Source: an uncultured Mycoplasmatales bacterium
Lineage (GTDB): Bacteria > Bacillota_I > Bacilli_A > UBA3375
Reading direction: 5' to 3'
Length of the DNA: 64,000 nt
Assembly (NCBI GenBank): GCA_937936465.1
Contig: CALDDH010000003.1
Span: 50,763-114,762 of the forward strand
The notes below the pieces were generated by a model. That model made no database searches and had not been told where the DNA came from. It saw nothing but the letters and a program-made list of their open reading frames with translations. Within the stretch, counting starts at the first letter, position 1. Each line of letters begins with the position of its first letter. Below, one piece after another: positions 49,962 through 57,716 of the stretch. The position numbers and the translations under genes were made by a program.

Positions 49962-51226
49962 TTGGCAAAATACTTTTGTAAAACATCTGGTATTGTAATT
50001 GTTTGATCTTCATTTTGATAATTCTCTAAAATTGCTGCTAAAATTCTCCCTGTGGCCATCCCTGATCCATTCAATGTATGAACATAATTTTTAATACCAT
50101 TATCTTTGTACCTAATCTGACTTCTTCTTGCTTGATAATCAGTTGCTAGTGAACAAGAAGATACTTCTCTAAACTTATCTTGTGTTGGGAACCAAACTTC
50201 CAAGTCATATGTCTTATTCATTGAAAATCCAATATCTTGTGAACAGAGTTGTAAAATACGATAATGTAATTTTAATTTTTGCAATATATTTTCGGCATCT
50301 TCAACCATTTTATTAAGTTCATGTGTGCTACTTTCTGGTTTTGTATATTTAAATAATTCTACTTTACCAAATTGATGCATTCTGATAATACCTTGAGTAT
50401 CTCTTCCAGCGCTTCCAGCTTCTTTACGAAAACACTGAGTAAAACTAGTATATAAAATTGGCAATTGATCAACATCAATTATTTCATCACGATGCATGTT
50501 TGCTAATGCCACTTCAGCTGTTGGCAATAAATAAAAGTCAGATTTACGTCCAAAATCAACATCTTGATCATTTTGTTTAGCTATTTTAAATAAATCATTT
50601 TCAAACTTAGGCAACTGACCCGATGCAAAAAGTGATTTAGATGAAGCAATAAATGGAACAGTTACTTCCAAATATTCTCTCTTGCTATGTTCATCTAACA
50701 TAAAGTTCATTAGTGCACGCTCAAGTTTTGCAATAAACCCAGTTGTAACAACAAAACGTGCTTGAGCAATTTTTACTCCCTTTTGAAAATCAAGTCCATC
50801 AAGCATGTGATGTGGAGTAACTTCAAAATTAAATGATGGCTTACTTCCACCAACTTTAACTTCAAGATTATCATCTTCACTTGTTCCAAATGGAGTATCA
50901 TCAGATAATAAATTTGGTAAAGAATATAATATCTTATAATATTCTTCTTTCATTTGATTAATTGATGACTTATCAATTGCATCTTTCAATTCACCAATTT
51001 GACTAATTAATTGATCAGTATTCTTTTTTTCTTTTTTAAATTGACCAATTAGCTTTGATTTTTCATTAAGTTGCGTACGGACACCTTCAACTCTTTGTAA
51101 TTCTTTTGTATACAAGTCATATTTATTTATTAACTTATCAATCTGATTTGAATAATCTGTTCCTCTTTGATTTAAGTTTTTAATTACAGAATCTTTATTT
51201 ACTATTATATTTTTAATGTCTAACAT
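49958..51226 (-). CDS. serS: seryl-tRNA synthetase
   Basis: Coiled-coil N-arm; FRKEAGSAGRDTQGIIRMHQF; GSGMATGR. Confidence 0.95.
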   Translation of the reverse strand: MLDIKNIIVNKDSVIKNLNQRGTDYSNQIDKLINKYDLYTKELQRVEGVRTQLNEKSKLIGQFKKEKKNTDQLISQIGELKDAIDKSSINQMKEEYYKILYSLPNLLSDDTPFGTSEDDNLEVKVGGSKPSFNFEVTPHHMLDGLDFQKGVKIAQARFVVTTGFIAKLERALMNFMLDEHSKREYLEVTVPFIASSKSLFASGQLPKFENDLFKIAKQNDQDVDFGRKSDFYLLPTAEVALANMHRDEIIDVDQLPILYTSFTQCFRKEAGSAGRDTQGIIRMHQFGKVELFKYTKPESSTHELNKMVEDAENILQKLKLHYRILQLCSQDIGFSMNKTYDLEVWFPTQDKFREVSSCSLATDYQARRSQIRYKDNGIKNYVHTLNGSGMATGRILAAILENYQNEDQTITIPDVLQKYFAK

Positions 51227-51659
51227 TTTTACTCCTTAATTTATAAAAAAAATCTTTCATTAATTTTTCACTCTCATCAGCTAAAAGACCACCAATAACT
51301 TCAACTTGATCATCCATGTGAATATAAGCTTGAAAACTCTTTTTTTTACTAATTTGTTGATCTGCTGAATAGTATATCTTTTTAATCCGACTTTGACGAA
51401 TCGCATCATAGCACATTAAACATGGATCAATTGACACATATATTTGACAGAGATCAAGTTTCCATGTTCCAAGTTTTTGACTTGCTTGTTTAATAGCAAT
51501 AATTTCAGCATGTGCAGTAATATCATTATTTTTCTCACGCATATTAAATCCACGACCAATTATTTGATCATTATAAACAATGACTGCTCCAACTGGCACT
51601 TCATTTATGTTAAGTGCTTTATTAGCTTCTTTTAAAGCTTCTTCCATGTAATTATTCAT
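51213..51659 (-). CDS. tadA: tRNA-specific adenosine deaminase
   Basis: HAEIIAI and PCLMC zinc motifs. Start set at MNNYMEEAL, because codons 8-10 of the track ORF spell a TGTTATAAT promoter. Confidence 0.85.
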   Translation of the reverse strand: MNNYMEEALKEANKALNINEVPVGAVIVYNDQIIGRGFNMREKNNDITAHAEIIAIKQASQKLGTWKLDLCQIYVSIDPCLMCYDAIRQSRIKKIYYSADQQISKKKSFQAYIHMDDQVEVIGGLLADESEKLMKDFFYKLRSKNVRH

Positions 51660-51665
51660 ATGAAA

Positions 51666-51674
51666 ATTATAACA
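51666..51674 (-). promoter_or_regulatory. extended -10 TGTTATAAT, 6 nt upstream of the tadA ATG (possible leaderless mRNA)
   Basis: Minus strand reads TGTTATAAT-tttcat-ATG. No SD before this ATG or the next one. Confidence 0.4.
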
Positions 51675-51728
51675 TAGCAAACACAAGAAAGGCAAATTAT
51701 TAAATTTAATAATTTATTATGCAAATGT

Positions 51729-51757
51729 TTGACAATAATTTTCAAATTTGTTATAAT
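51729..51757 (+). promoter_or_regulatory. consensus sigma-70 promoter (TTGACA-N17-TATAAT with TGn) of the Rpf-like gene
   Basis: Perfect -35 at 51729-51734, perfect -10 at 51752-51757, AAGGAG RBS before the ATG at 51790. Confidence 0.7.
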
Positions 51758-51789
51758 TTGGAAACATTGAAAAAGAAGGAGAAATTAAT

Positions 51790-52719
51790 ATGTTTAAAAA
51801 CATTCATTTTCCATTTATTAAAATAATTTCAGTCTTTATGATTTTCTTATTTGTCTTTGTATGGCAAATAAACAAAGAAATTATTGTAAATATCGATGGA
51901 GAAAGTCAAATCATTTCAACTAATCAAATATTTGCCAAAAGTTTAATTGAAGACGTTGCAAATGAACATGATTTAGAAGAATTTTCGATTCCAGATCAAC
52001 CAATATTTTTAACTGATTATAGTAATATTGAAATAAACACACCTAAAAAAGTAAAAATAAATATTGAAGATCAAGTTTACGATATTGAAACATATTCCAA
52101 TACAATTGAAACATTAACACATGAATTTAACAATTATTTACAAGAAGAAGGAAATAAAAATCAAGTTATTTTTGAAGGTTATAAACAAGATGATCAAATA
52201 AATGATCAGCAAACTTTAAAAGCAACATTAGTCCAAACAAAATTAGAAACTAAAACAAAAACTGAAGCCTTAGAGCCAAAATATATTGATAATGATGATA
52301 TTTATGTTGGTGAAGAAGTTTTAATTTATGAAGGTAGCGATAAAAAAACTGTCAATACATATGAAAAAATCTATAAAAACAATAAAATATATTCATCAAA
52401 AATAATTAACTCTGAAATAGTTGATCAAGGTGAGAGGCCTGTTATCTATGTTGGTACAAAAGAAAAAGTTATTAATAATTTAGATACATGGAATCAAATT
52501 GCCAATTGTGAATCATCTTCTAATTGGAGTGCCAACACAGGAAATGGTTATTATGGTGGACTTCAAATAAGTAAAGCAACATGGGATAGTTATGCACCAA
52601 GTGTTGGGATATCAACGGATTACCCATATCAAGCATCAAAAGATGAACAAATTTTAGTTGCAGAGCAAATACAAAAAAATCAAGGTTGGTCTTCATGGGG
52701 TTCATGTTCACCAATTTAA
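51790..52719 (+). CDS. secreted/anchored DUF348-G5-Rpf-type transglycosylase-like protein
   Basis: N-terminal TM; G5-like middle (YVGEEVLIYEGSDKKTVNTYEKIYKNNK...); C-terminal WNQIANCESSSNWSANTGNGYYGGLQISKATW, the Rpf catalytic-domain signature with the Glu. Confidence 0.8.
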   Translation: MFKNIHFPFIKIISVFMIFLFVFVWQINKEIIVNIDGESQIISTNQIFAKSLIEDVANEHDLEEFSIPDQPIFLTDYSNIEINTPKKVKINIEDQVYDIETYSNTIETLTHEFNNYLQEEGNKNQVIFEGYKQDDQINDQQTLKATLVQTKLETKTKTEALEPKYIDNDDIYVGEEVLIYEGSDKKTVNTYEKIYKNNKIYSSKIINSEIVDQGERPVIYVGTKEKVINNLDTWNQIANCESSSNWSANTGNGYYGGLQISKATWDSYAPSVGISTDYPYQASKDEQILVAEQIQKNQGWSSWGSCSPI

Positions 52720-52726
52720 TTAAAAT

Positions 52727-52760
52727 AATGAAAAGAGCTTAATTAAAAGCTCTTTTCATT
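52727..52760. terminator. bidirectional terminator between the convergent rpf-like and ABC permease genes
   Basis: 14-bp perfect stem aatgaaaagagctt/aagctcttttcatt with a 6-nt loop. Overlaps the permease stop codon. Confidence 0.75.
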
Positions 52761-54138
52761 ATTTTAAATATTTACTAATTTTTTTTTTAGTTATTCTTCT
52801 AATACCCAGAAGTGAAATAAAACTGCTAAGTATTAGGATGTATAGCATAATTATTATATAAAAATCAATTGTTAAAATCGAATTGAAATATAACTTAAAG
52901 ATTGTATCACTTAAAAATAAACCGTAAAAAATTAAATAACTAATAAATGCACCTATAAAGTTTATACTTGCTTCAAATATATTTTGATAGAATATTATTT
53001 TACGTAAATCTTTTTTCAAGTAACCAAATGAATATAAGATTGATAACTCTTTATTATCACTAATATTTTTATTTATATTTAATAAAAACAAAATAAACAA
53101 AGTAATCAGCGTAATAATTAAAATTATCAATGAATTAAAGATATATACTCCTGCAATAATATGTTTATATTCACCATTTTTAATTTCATATTGTGAATAT
53201 AATTTAATATTTGGATAGTAACTTTCTAAAATTTGAGAAATTTCATTAATGTGTTTCTCATCATCCACTTCTACTACCATGACTTGATAACCTGTTCCAT
53301 ACGCATCTAACCAGTTACTATAACTTGCTAGTTGACCATTGTAATAATCATTAAGACCATCATCATAATTACTATTAATTAGATATGTATCATATGACTC
53401 TTCACCTTTGTCTTGAGGTTTATTTTGGTTTGCTGTATATATATAATATTGATCATTTATTTTAATTTGATAATTTGTATTATAAATTCCTGAAATAATA
53501 TACTCTTTATTCTCATCTATTGTTTTTTCAGTCTCTTGATCAGTATATGAAATTGGTAAAGTTATTGTTTGACCAATTAATTTCTGATAGGAACTAGTAC
53601 CAGATGTTTGCATAATCATTTGTGCCATTACATCAGGAATTAAAATTTGATTTGATTTATCTGCTGGAAAATTACCAACTAAGACCTCAAGATAATCTGG
53701 ATTATATATTTCAGATCCATCATACTCGACAGGTGATGATTTAAAACTAAAATACACTTCTTCAGGTGCTCGAACATATGAAGTGATATTTTTTAAACTC
53801 TCAGGAAAATCATCTTTATCAATCATTAACTCTAAACGTTTACCTTCATAATCTGCCATGAACCCTGTTGATGAATTCATGCCAACATTTGTAAAATATA
53901 TATCTTCAATGTACTGGTTTTCTATTAACTGATCTATTTCTTCTGTTTGAAAATATAAATCCTCACCATTTCCATATAAATTATATTCTGAATATTCTTT
54001 TTGAATTTGATCTGTAACATTTGTTAAATCAACAATTATTGCATTCTCACTTACTTCTTGATATAACATATCTTCAGTTTTATTGGCAATCCCAACTAAT
54101 AAAGATATAACAATTAGGAAAAAAAGTAATAAAATCAT
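52759..54138 (-). CDS. FtsX/MacB-type ABC permease (1 TM + ~300-aa ectodomain + 3 TM)
   Basis: The topology pattern and the C-terminal FtsX-like block ELSILYSFGYLKKDLRKIIFYQ. Confidence 0.72.
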   Translation of the reverse strand: MILLLFFLIVISLLVGIANKTEDMLYQEVSENAIIVDLTNVTDQIQKEYSEYNLYGNGEDLYFQTEEIDQLIENQYIEDIYFTNVGMNSSTGFMADYEGKRLELMIDKDDFPESLKNITSYVRAPEEVYFSFKSSPVEYDGSEIYNPDYLEVLVGNFPADKSNQILIPDVMAQMIMQTSGTSSYQKLIGQTITLPISYTDQETEKTIDENKEYIISGIYNTNYQIKINDQYYIYTANQNKPQDKGEESYDTYLINSNYDDGLNDYYNGQLASYSNWLDAYGTGYQVMVVEVDDEKHINEISQILESYYPNIKLYSQYEIKNGEYKHIIAGVYIFNSLIILIITLITLFILFLLNINKNISDNKELSILYSFGYLKKDLRKIIFYQNIFEASINFIGAFISYLIFYGLFLSDTIFKLYFNSILTIDFYIIIMLYILILSSFISLLGIRRITKKKISKYLK

Positions 54139-54149
54139 ATAAATTATAT

Positions 54150-54911
54150 TTATATAAATATTTTTTTAAATTTTCTTGTTTGATATATTTTTATATATTG
54201 ATAAAAATCTTTATGGGTTTTATTTTGATATTGAAGATTAAAATTATTTTCCAAATCATCGCTAATATGATGATTATTTTGCCTAATAATTTGTTTGTTT
54301 TCAATCAAATAAAATTCATCAATTATTGGCTTCAACCGAGAATCATGCGTAGAAATTATTATTTTAATATTTCTATCTTTTAATTTTTTAATTGTCTCAA
54401 TAATATAATTAGTATTAAGATCATCCAAACTGGAAGTCGGTTCATCCATTAAAATAATTTGTGGTTCATTTAAAATTGCTCTTATAATTGCTACTCTTTG
54501 TTTTTCTCCACCACTTAATTGTTTTATTTTCTGATCATGATATTGACTTAAATTAAAATCAATTAATAATTGCTCTATTTTTTGATCTTTATTACTTTCA
54601 ATTGATGTAATAATTAAATTTTCAAGGACTGTATAATCTTCTAATAATTTATAATCTTGGTGAATATATGAAATGATCTTTGAACGGAAAATTGCCTCAT
54701 CATATTCAGTTAATTGTTGATAATCTTTATTATTGATTAAATAATTACCACTATATGGTTCAATACCCGCTATAATATTTAATAATGTTGTTTTACCACT
54801 ACCACTTTCACCAACAAATCCAGTTACTCCCAATTTATCTATTTTTAATTTTTGATTTTCAAAAATAATTTTCTTTTTATATTTTTTATTTAAATTAATT
54901 AATTCAATCAT
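54150..54911 (-). CDS. ABC transporter ATP-binding protein
   Basis: GESGSGKTT, LSGGEKQRVAIIRA, ILMDEPTSSLD. Confidence 0.92.
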   Translation of the reverse strand: MIELINLNKKYKKKIIFENQKLKIDKLGVTGFVGESGSGKTTLLNIIAGIEPYSGNYLINNKDYQQLTEYDEAIFRSKIISYIHQDYKLLEDYTVLENLIITSIESNKDQKIEQLLIDFNLSQYHDQKIKQLSGGEKQRVAIIRAILNEPQIILMDEPTSSLDDLNTNYIIETIKKLKDRNIKIIISTHDSRLKPIIDEFYLIENKQIIRQNNHHISDDLENNFNLQYQNKTHKDFYQYIKIYQTRKFKKIFI

Positions 54912-54950
54912 TATTAATCTCCCTCTTTTTTTATAAATTTAATTATGTAT

Positions 54951-54978
54951 AAAAAAAATTACATATGTTGTATGTAAT
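54951..54978 (-). terminator. rho-independent terminator between the small secreted-protein gene and the ABC genes
   Basis: Minus sense reads attacata-caaca-tatgtaat followed by T8, starting 1 nt after the stop codon. Confidence 0.6.
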
Positions 54979-54979
54979 T

Positions 54980-55267
54980 TTATGCATTAAACCCTGCTGT
55001 ATGGTTAGTTGAATTTGTATATATCTTACATTCTTTTGATCCAATAAAACCAGAGTTTGTGACTTCAAGATATTGATTTTCATTTAATTTTTTTTCAACT
55101 CTCCCAATTTCAGTTGATTTTTCATCTATTACTTGTGCTACAAAATTTGTTGAACCACTCTCATGATTTGTACTATGACAATTATTAAGTCCATTGTAAT
55201 CATACTGCTGACCACTAGCCCAATCACCTGAACTTCTTGATTCACTTTGAATACTATCTGCTTGCAT
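54980..55267 (-). CDS. small Cys-containing protein, probably secreted; possible lactococcin-972-like bacteriocin (true start uncertain, may extend to ~55321)
   Basis: The in-frame upstream sequence codes KKIKKILLLLIFLVISRIVVMQA|DS, which is signal-peptide-like. The mature part has GDWASG...NNCHSTNHESGSTNFV, loosely like the W.YG / S.YHH..K.HS.TV blocks of Lcn972. Lies next to an ABC pair. Confidence 0.4.
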   Translation of the reverse strand: MQADSIQSESRSSGDWASGQQYDYNGLNNCHSTNHESGSTNFVAQVIDEKSTEIGRVEKKLNENQYLEVTNSGFIGSKECKIYTNSTNHTAGFNA

Positions 55268-55363
55268 TACAACTATTCTACTTATAACTAAAAATATTAG
55301 TAATAATAATATTTTTTTTATTTTTTTTCTTTATGTACTATATGGTCCCTATCATATATATTA

Positions 55364-55372
55364 ATTATATCA
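55364..55372 (-). promoter_or_regulatory. extended -10 (TGATATAAT) for the small secreted-protein gene
   Basis: Minus strand reads GTGATATAAT, directly after the tspO stop. Confidence 0.4.
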
Positions 55373-55386
55373 CAATATTATAAGTA

Positions 55387-55830
55387 TTAATTTAAAATAA
55401 TTATTGCTAAATTTAAAATACTAGCAAATGATAACCAAGCAATATATGGAATAATTAAATAAACATATTGTCGATTACGATTAATGTATATTAAATAAGC
55501 TGTTAGTATAATCATTATTAAAATCATCAAGTCAGCTATAACAAACATCTGGAAATTAAAGAAAACAAATGACCAAATTAAGTTTATAATTAACTGAATA
55601 ATATAAATTATAATTGATCTATAGTTTTTATATTTAATAATGAAATATAGAAATGCTCCTAATAAACCATAAAGAATTGTCCAAGCAATTGGAAACACTA
55701 AAACAGGTGGGGCAAAAAATGGTTGATTTAAATTTATATAAAAATTTTCAGATTCAAAAAAAATTGAACTCAATCCTCCTAATAATGGTATTAAAAATAT
55801 ATATAAAATTAACTTTACTCTTTCTAACAT
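55387..55830 (-). CDS. tspO: TspO/MBR (tryptophan-rich sensory protein, CrtK) family
   Basis: 147 aa, 5 TM, LNQPFFAPPVLVFPIAWTILYGLLGAF. Strong AAAGGAG RBS. Confidence 0.8.
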   Translation of the reverse strand: MLERVKLILYIFLIPLLGGLSSIFFESENFYINLNQPFFAPPVLVFPIAWTILYGLLGAFLYFIIKYKNYRSIIIYIIQLIINLIWSFVFFNFQMFVIADLMILIMIILTAYLIYINRNRQYVYLIIPYIAWLSFASILNLAIIILN

Positions 55831-55849
55831 TTTTTCTCCTTTTTTTAAA

Positions 55850-56389
55850 CTAATAACATCTTTGTATTAAAAACTGATTTATAAACTTAGTTAAATTATC
55901 ATATGTATTACCAATAAATATTTCTAGGTTATCTAAATCAGCACGTTTTGAATAGTCAACAAATAGTTCACCATAGCCAAAAAACTCATTGACATGGTCA
56001 TATTTATTTTGATCATCAAATTTTAAATATAGTATAACTGGCTTATCATCTAACCCAAGTGCATATGCCTCTTCCAAATCACTTTCATTAATTTGATAAT
56101 CATCAGGTATTCTTGGGTCTTGAAAGTAACTAGCAACTTCATTTGTAACAATTTCTCCTTCATAATAATCTAAATTATGTTGATCAGCAATTGCTTTGAT
56201 ATTATCTTGATTGTTTTCTGTACATGAATAATCTATTTGATTATTTTCTTTAACACTAGTAATATTATTACTTGCTTTACTGACTGACTGATTAAATTTA
56301 GCATCAAAGAAATTGATGAGCATTATAAATAATAGTGTAGTTATAAATAAAATTAAAAAAATATAACTTATGATTTTAAATATTTTCAT
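55850..56389 (-). CDS. hypothetical N-terminally anchored acidic protein (2 Cys)
   Basis: TM at residues ~5-27, extracytoplasmic remainder. Overlaps the upstream gene by 14 nt. No motif recognised. Confidence 0.45.
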   Translation of the reverse strand: MKIFKIISYIFLILFITTLLFIMLINFFDAKFNQSVSKASNNITSVKENNQIDYSCTENNQDNIKAIADQHNLDYYEGEIVTNEVASYFQDPRIPDDYQINESDLEEAYALGLDDKPVILYLKFDDQNKYDHVNEFFGYGELFVDYSKRADLDNLEIFIGNTYDNLTKFINQFLIQRCY

Positions 56390-57269
56390 TGATGACTCCT
56401 AAGCTTTGATAAATAAATAAACATTTTGAACCTTCTATTTTGATTTGTTTTTTAACTAAATCAAAACCAAGGCCTGTTTGAGATTCTAATTTAAAATAAA
56501 TATTATTAATAATTAAAGTATCATCAGATAATTTTAAAGGTGTTTGATTATCATCATATACTGTTGTCTCTAAATCAATATTGATATCAATAAAATTTAA
56601 AAAACTCAAATCAACATCAACACCATTAATACTTATAGTACCAAAGTGGTAATCGTCATCTACATCAACAAATGGATTATCAAATTGTGGTAGTTTAATT
56701 GATATTTGTGCTTTAATTATTTCAATGATTTGATCACTATTTAGATCATATTTATTTTTTAAAAAGTTTATTTTAGCTTCTATTTGCAAACGATACTCAA
56801 TAATTTTATTACTTATCATATTTTCAATATTTACTATCATAGATTGAATTTTTTTGATTCCTTTATTCTTAAAACTATTTAATTTAGAACTTATTAAATT
56901 ATTGTTTTTAACTTTTAAATTACTTAAAACATTACTTATATTATTAATATAGATAGGTTTGATATTTAATTCATAATAATTTTTTACAGTATTTTTATTT
57001 AATTGATTATTCTCTATTTTATCTTTAATTAAGTCTTGATTATCTTCAGATAATAATAATCCAGCAATTAAGTAAAACTTATTAACAGATATTTGATTGT
57101 TGATCTTTCCATATTTCTCAATATTCTTTTGCATAAATTGTTCATTTGTTTCTTGATTACTTGCTATATATATATCAAAGGCAATCATACTTACAGTTAC
57201 TCCAATAATTAAACCTAATAAATATATAAAGATTTTATTTTTAATTATTTTTAAGCCAAGATTTAACAT
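56376..57269 (-). CDS. hypothetical N-terminally anchored Asn/Ile-rich protein
   Basis: One TM (FIYLLGLIIGVTVSMIAF). Abuts the crtO-like stop. No motif recognised. Confidence 0.45.
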   Translation of the reverse strand: MLNLGLKIIKNKIFIYLLGLIIGVTVSMIAFDIYIASNQETNEQFMQKNIEKYGKINNQISVNKFYLIAGLLLSEDNQDLIKDKIENNQLNKNTVKNYYELNIKPIYINNISNVLSNLKVKNNNLISSKLNSFKNKGIKKIQSMIVNIENMISNKIIEYRLQIEAKINFLKNKYDLNSDQIIEIIKAQISIKLPQFDNPFVDVDDDYHFGTISINGVDVDLSFLNFIDINIDLETTVYDDNQTPLKLSDDTLIINNIYFKLESQTGLGFDLVKKQIKIEGSKCLFIYQSLGVINENI

Positions 57270-57716
57270 TTATCTCCCCACAGATTTAATTATTCTTTGT
57301 ATTCTAACTTTATTATAATAAATAATTATAATAAAAGGTAAATTAAATACTAATAAAAAAACAAAATTAATTATTAAAACATTAATATTTATAAAAAGAA
57401 ATGGCAGTAATCCAACAAATGGAATTGTATGAATTAATAATGCTTTTGCTAGTTCAAGGTCATATTCTTTTAAATATTCTTTTTTTTTTGATTTGATTTT
57501 TGTTTTATCAAATTCAGAAATTGATGGCAATTTTTCTTTATAAATTTTACTGAAACTTAATAATTTTTCCAATTTTTTATTTGTTTTTAATTGGAAACTT
57601 AACTTACTTTTCTTTCTTTCTAAAACCCAATCCAATGAAATGTAAAATAATAACCAATAGATCATGAAAAGGATTATTATTATAATTTTAATCATTAGTA
57701 TATACGCCCTTTCCAT
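57270..57716 (-). CDS. small membrane protein, CrtO-like (glycosyl-diaponeurosporenoate acyltransferase family) candidate
   Basis: The C-terminal LVFNLPFIIIIYYNKVRIQRII resembles the N-[IL]-P-x5-(R/Y)-Y-N-(R/K)-x-R signature I recall for S. aureus CrtO. The central Lys-rich loop and AKALLIH correspond to RAELTHW. AAGGA RBS. An alternative TAATG-coupled start lies at 57695. Confidence 0.5.
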   Translation of the reverse strand: MERAYILMIKIIIIILFMIYWLLFYISLDWVLERKKSKLSFQLKTNKKLEKLLSFSKIYKEKLPSISEFDKTKIKSKKKEYLKEYDLELAKALLIHTIPFVGLLPFLFININVLIINFVFLLVFNLPFIIIIYYNKVRIQRIIKSVGR

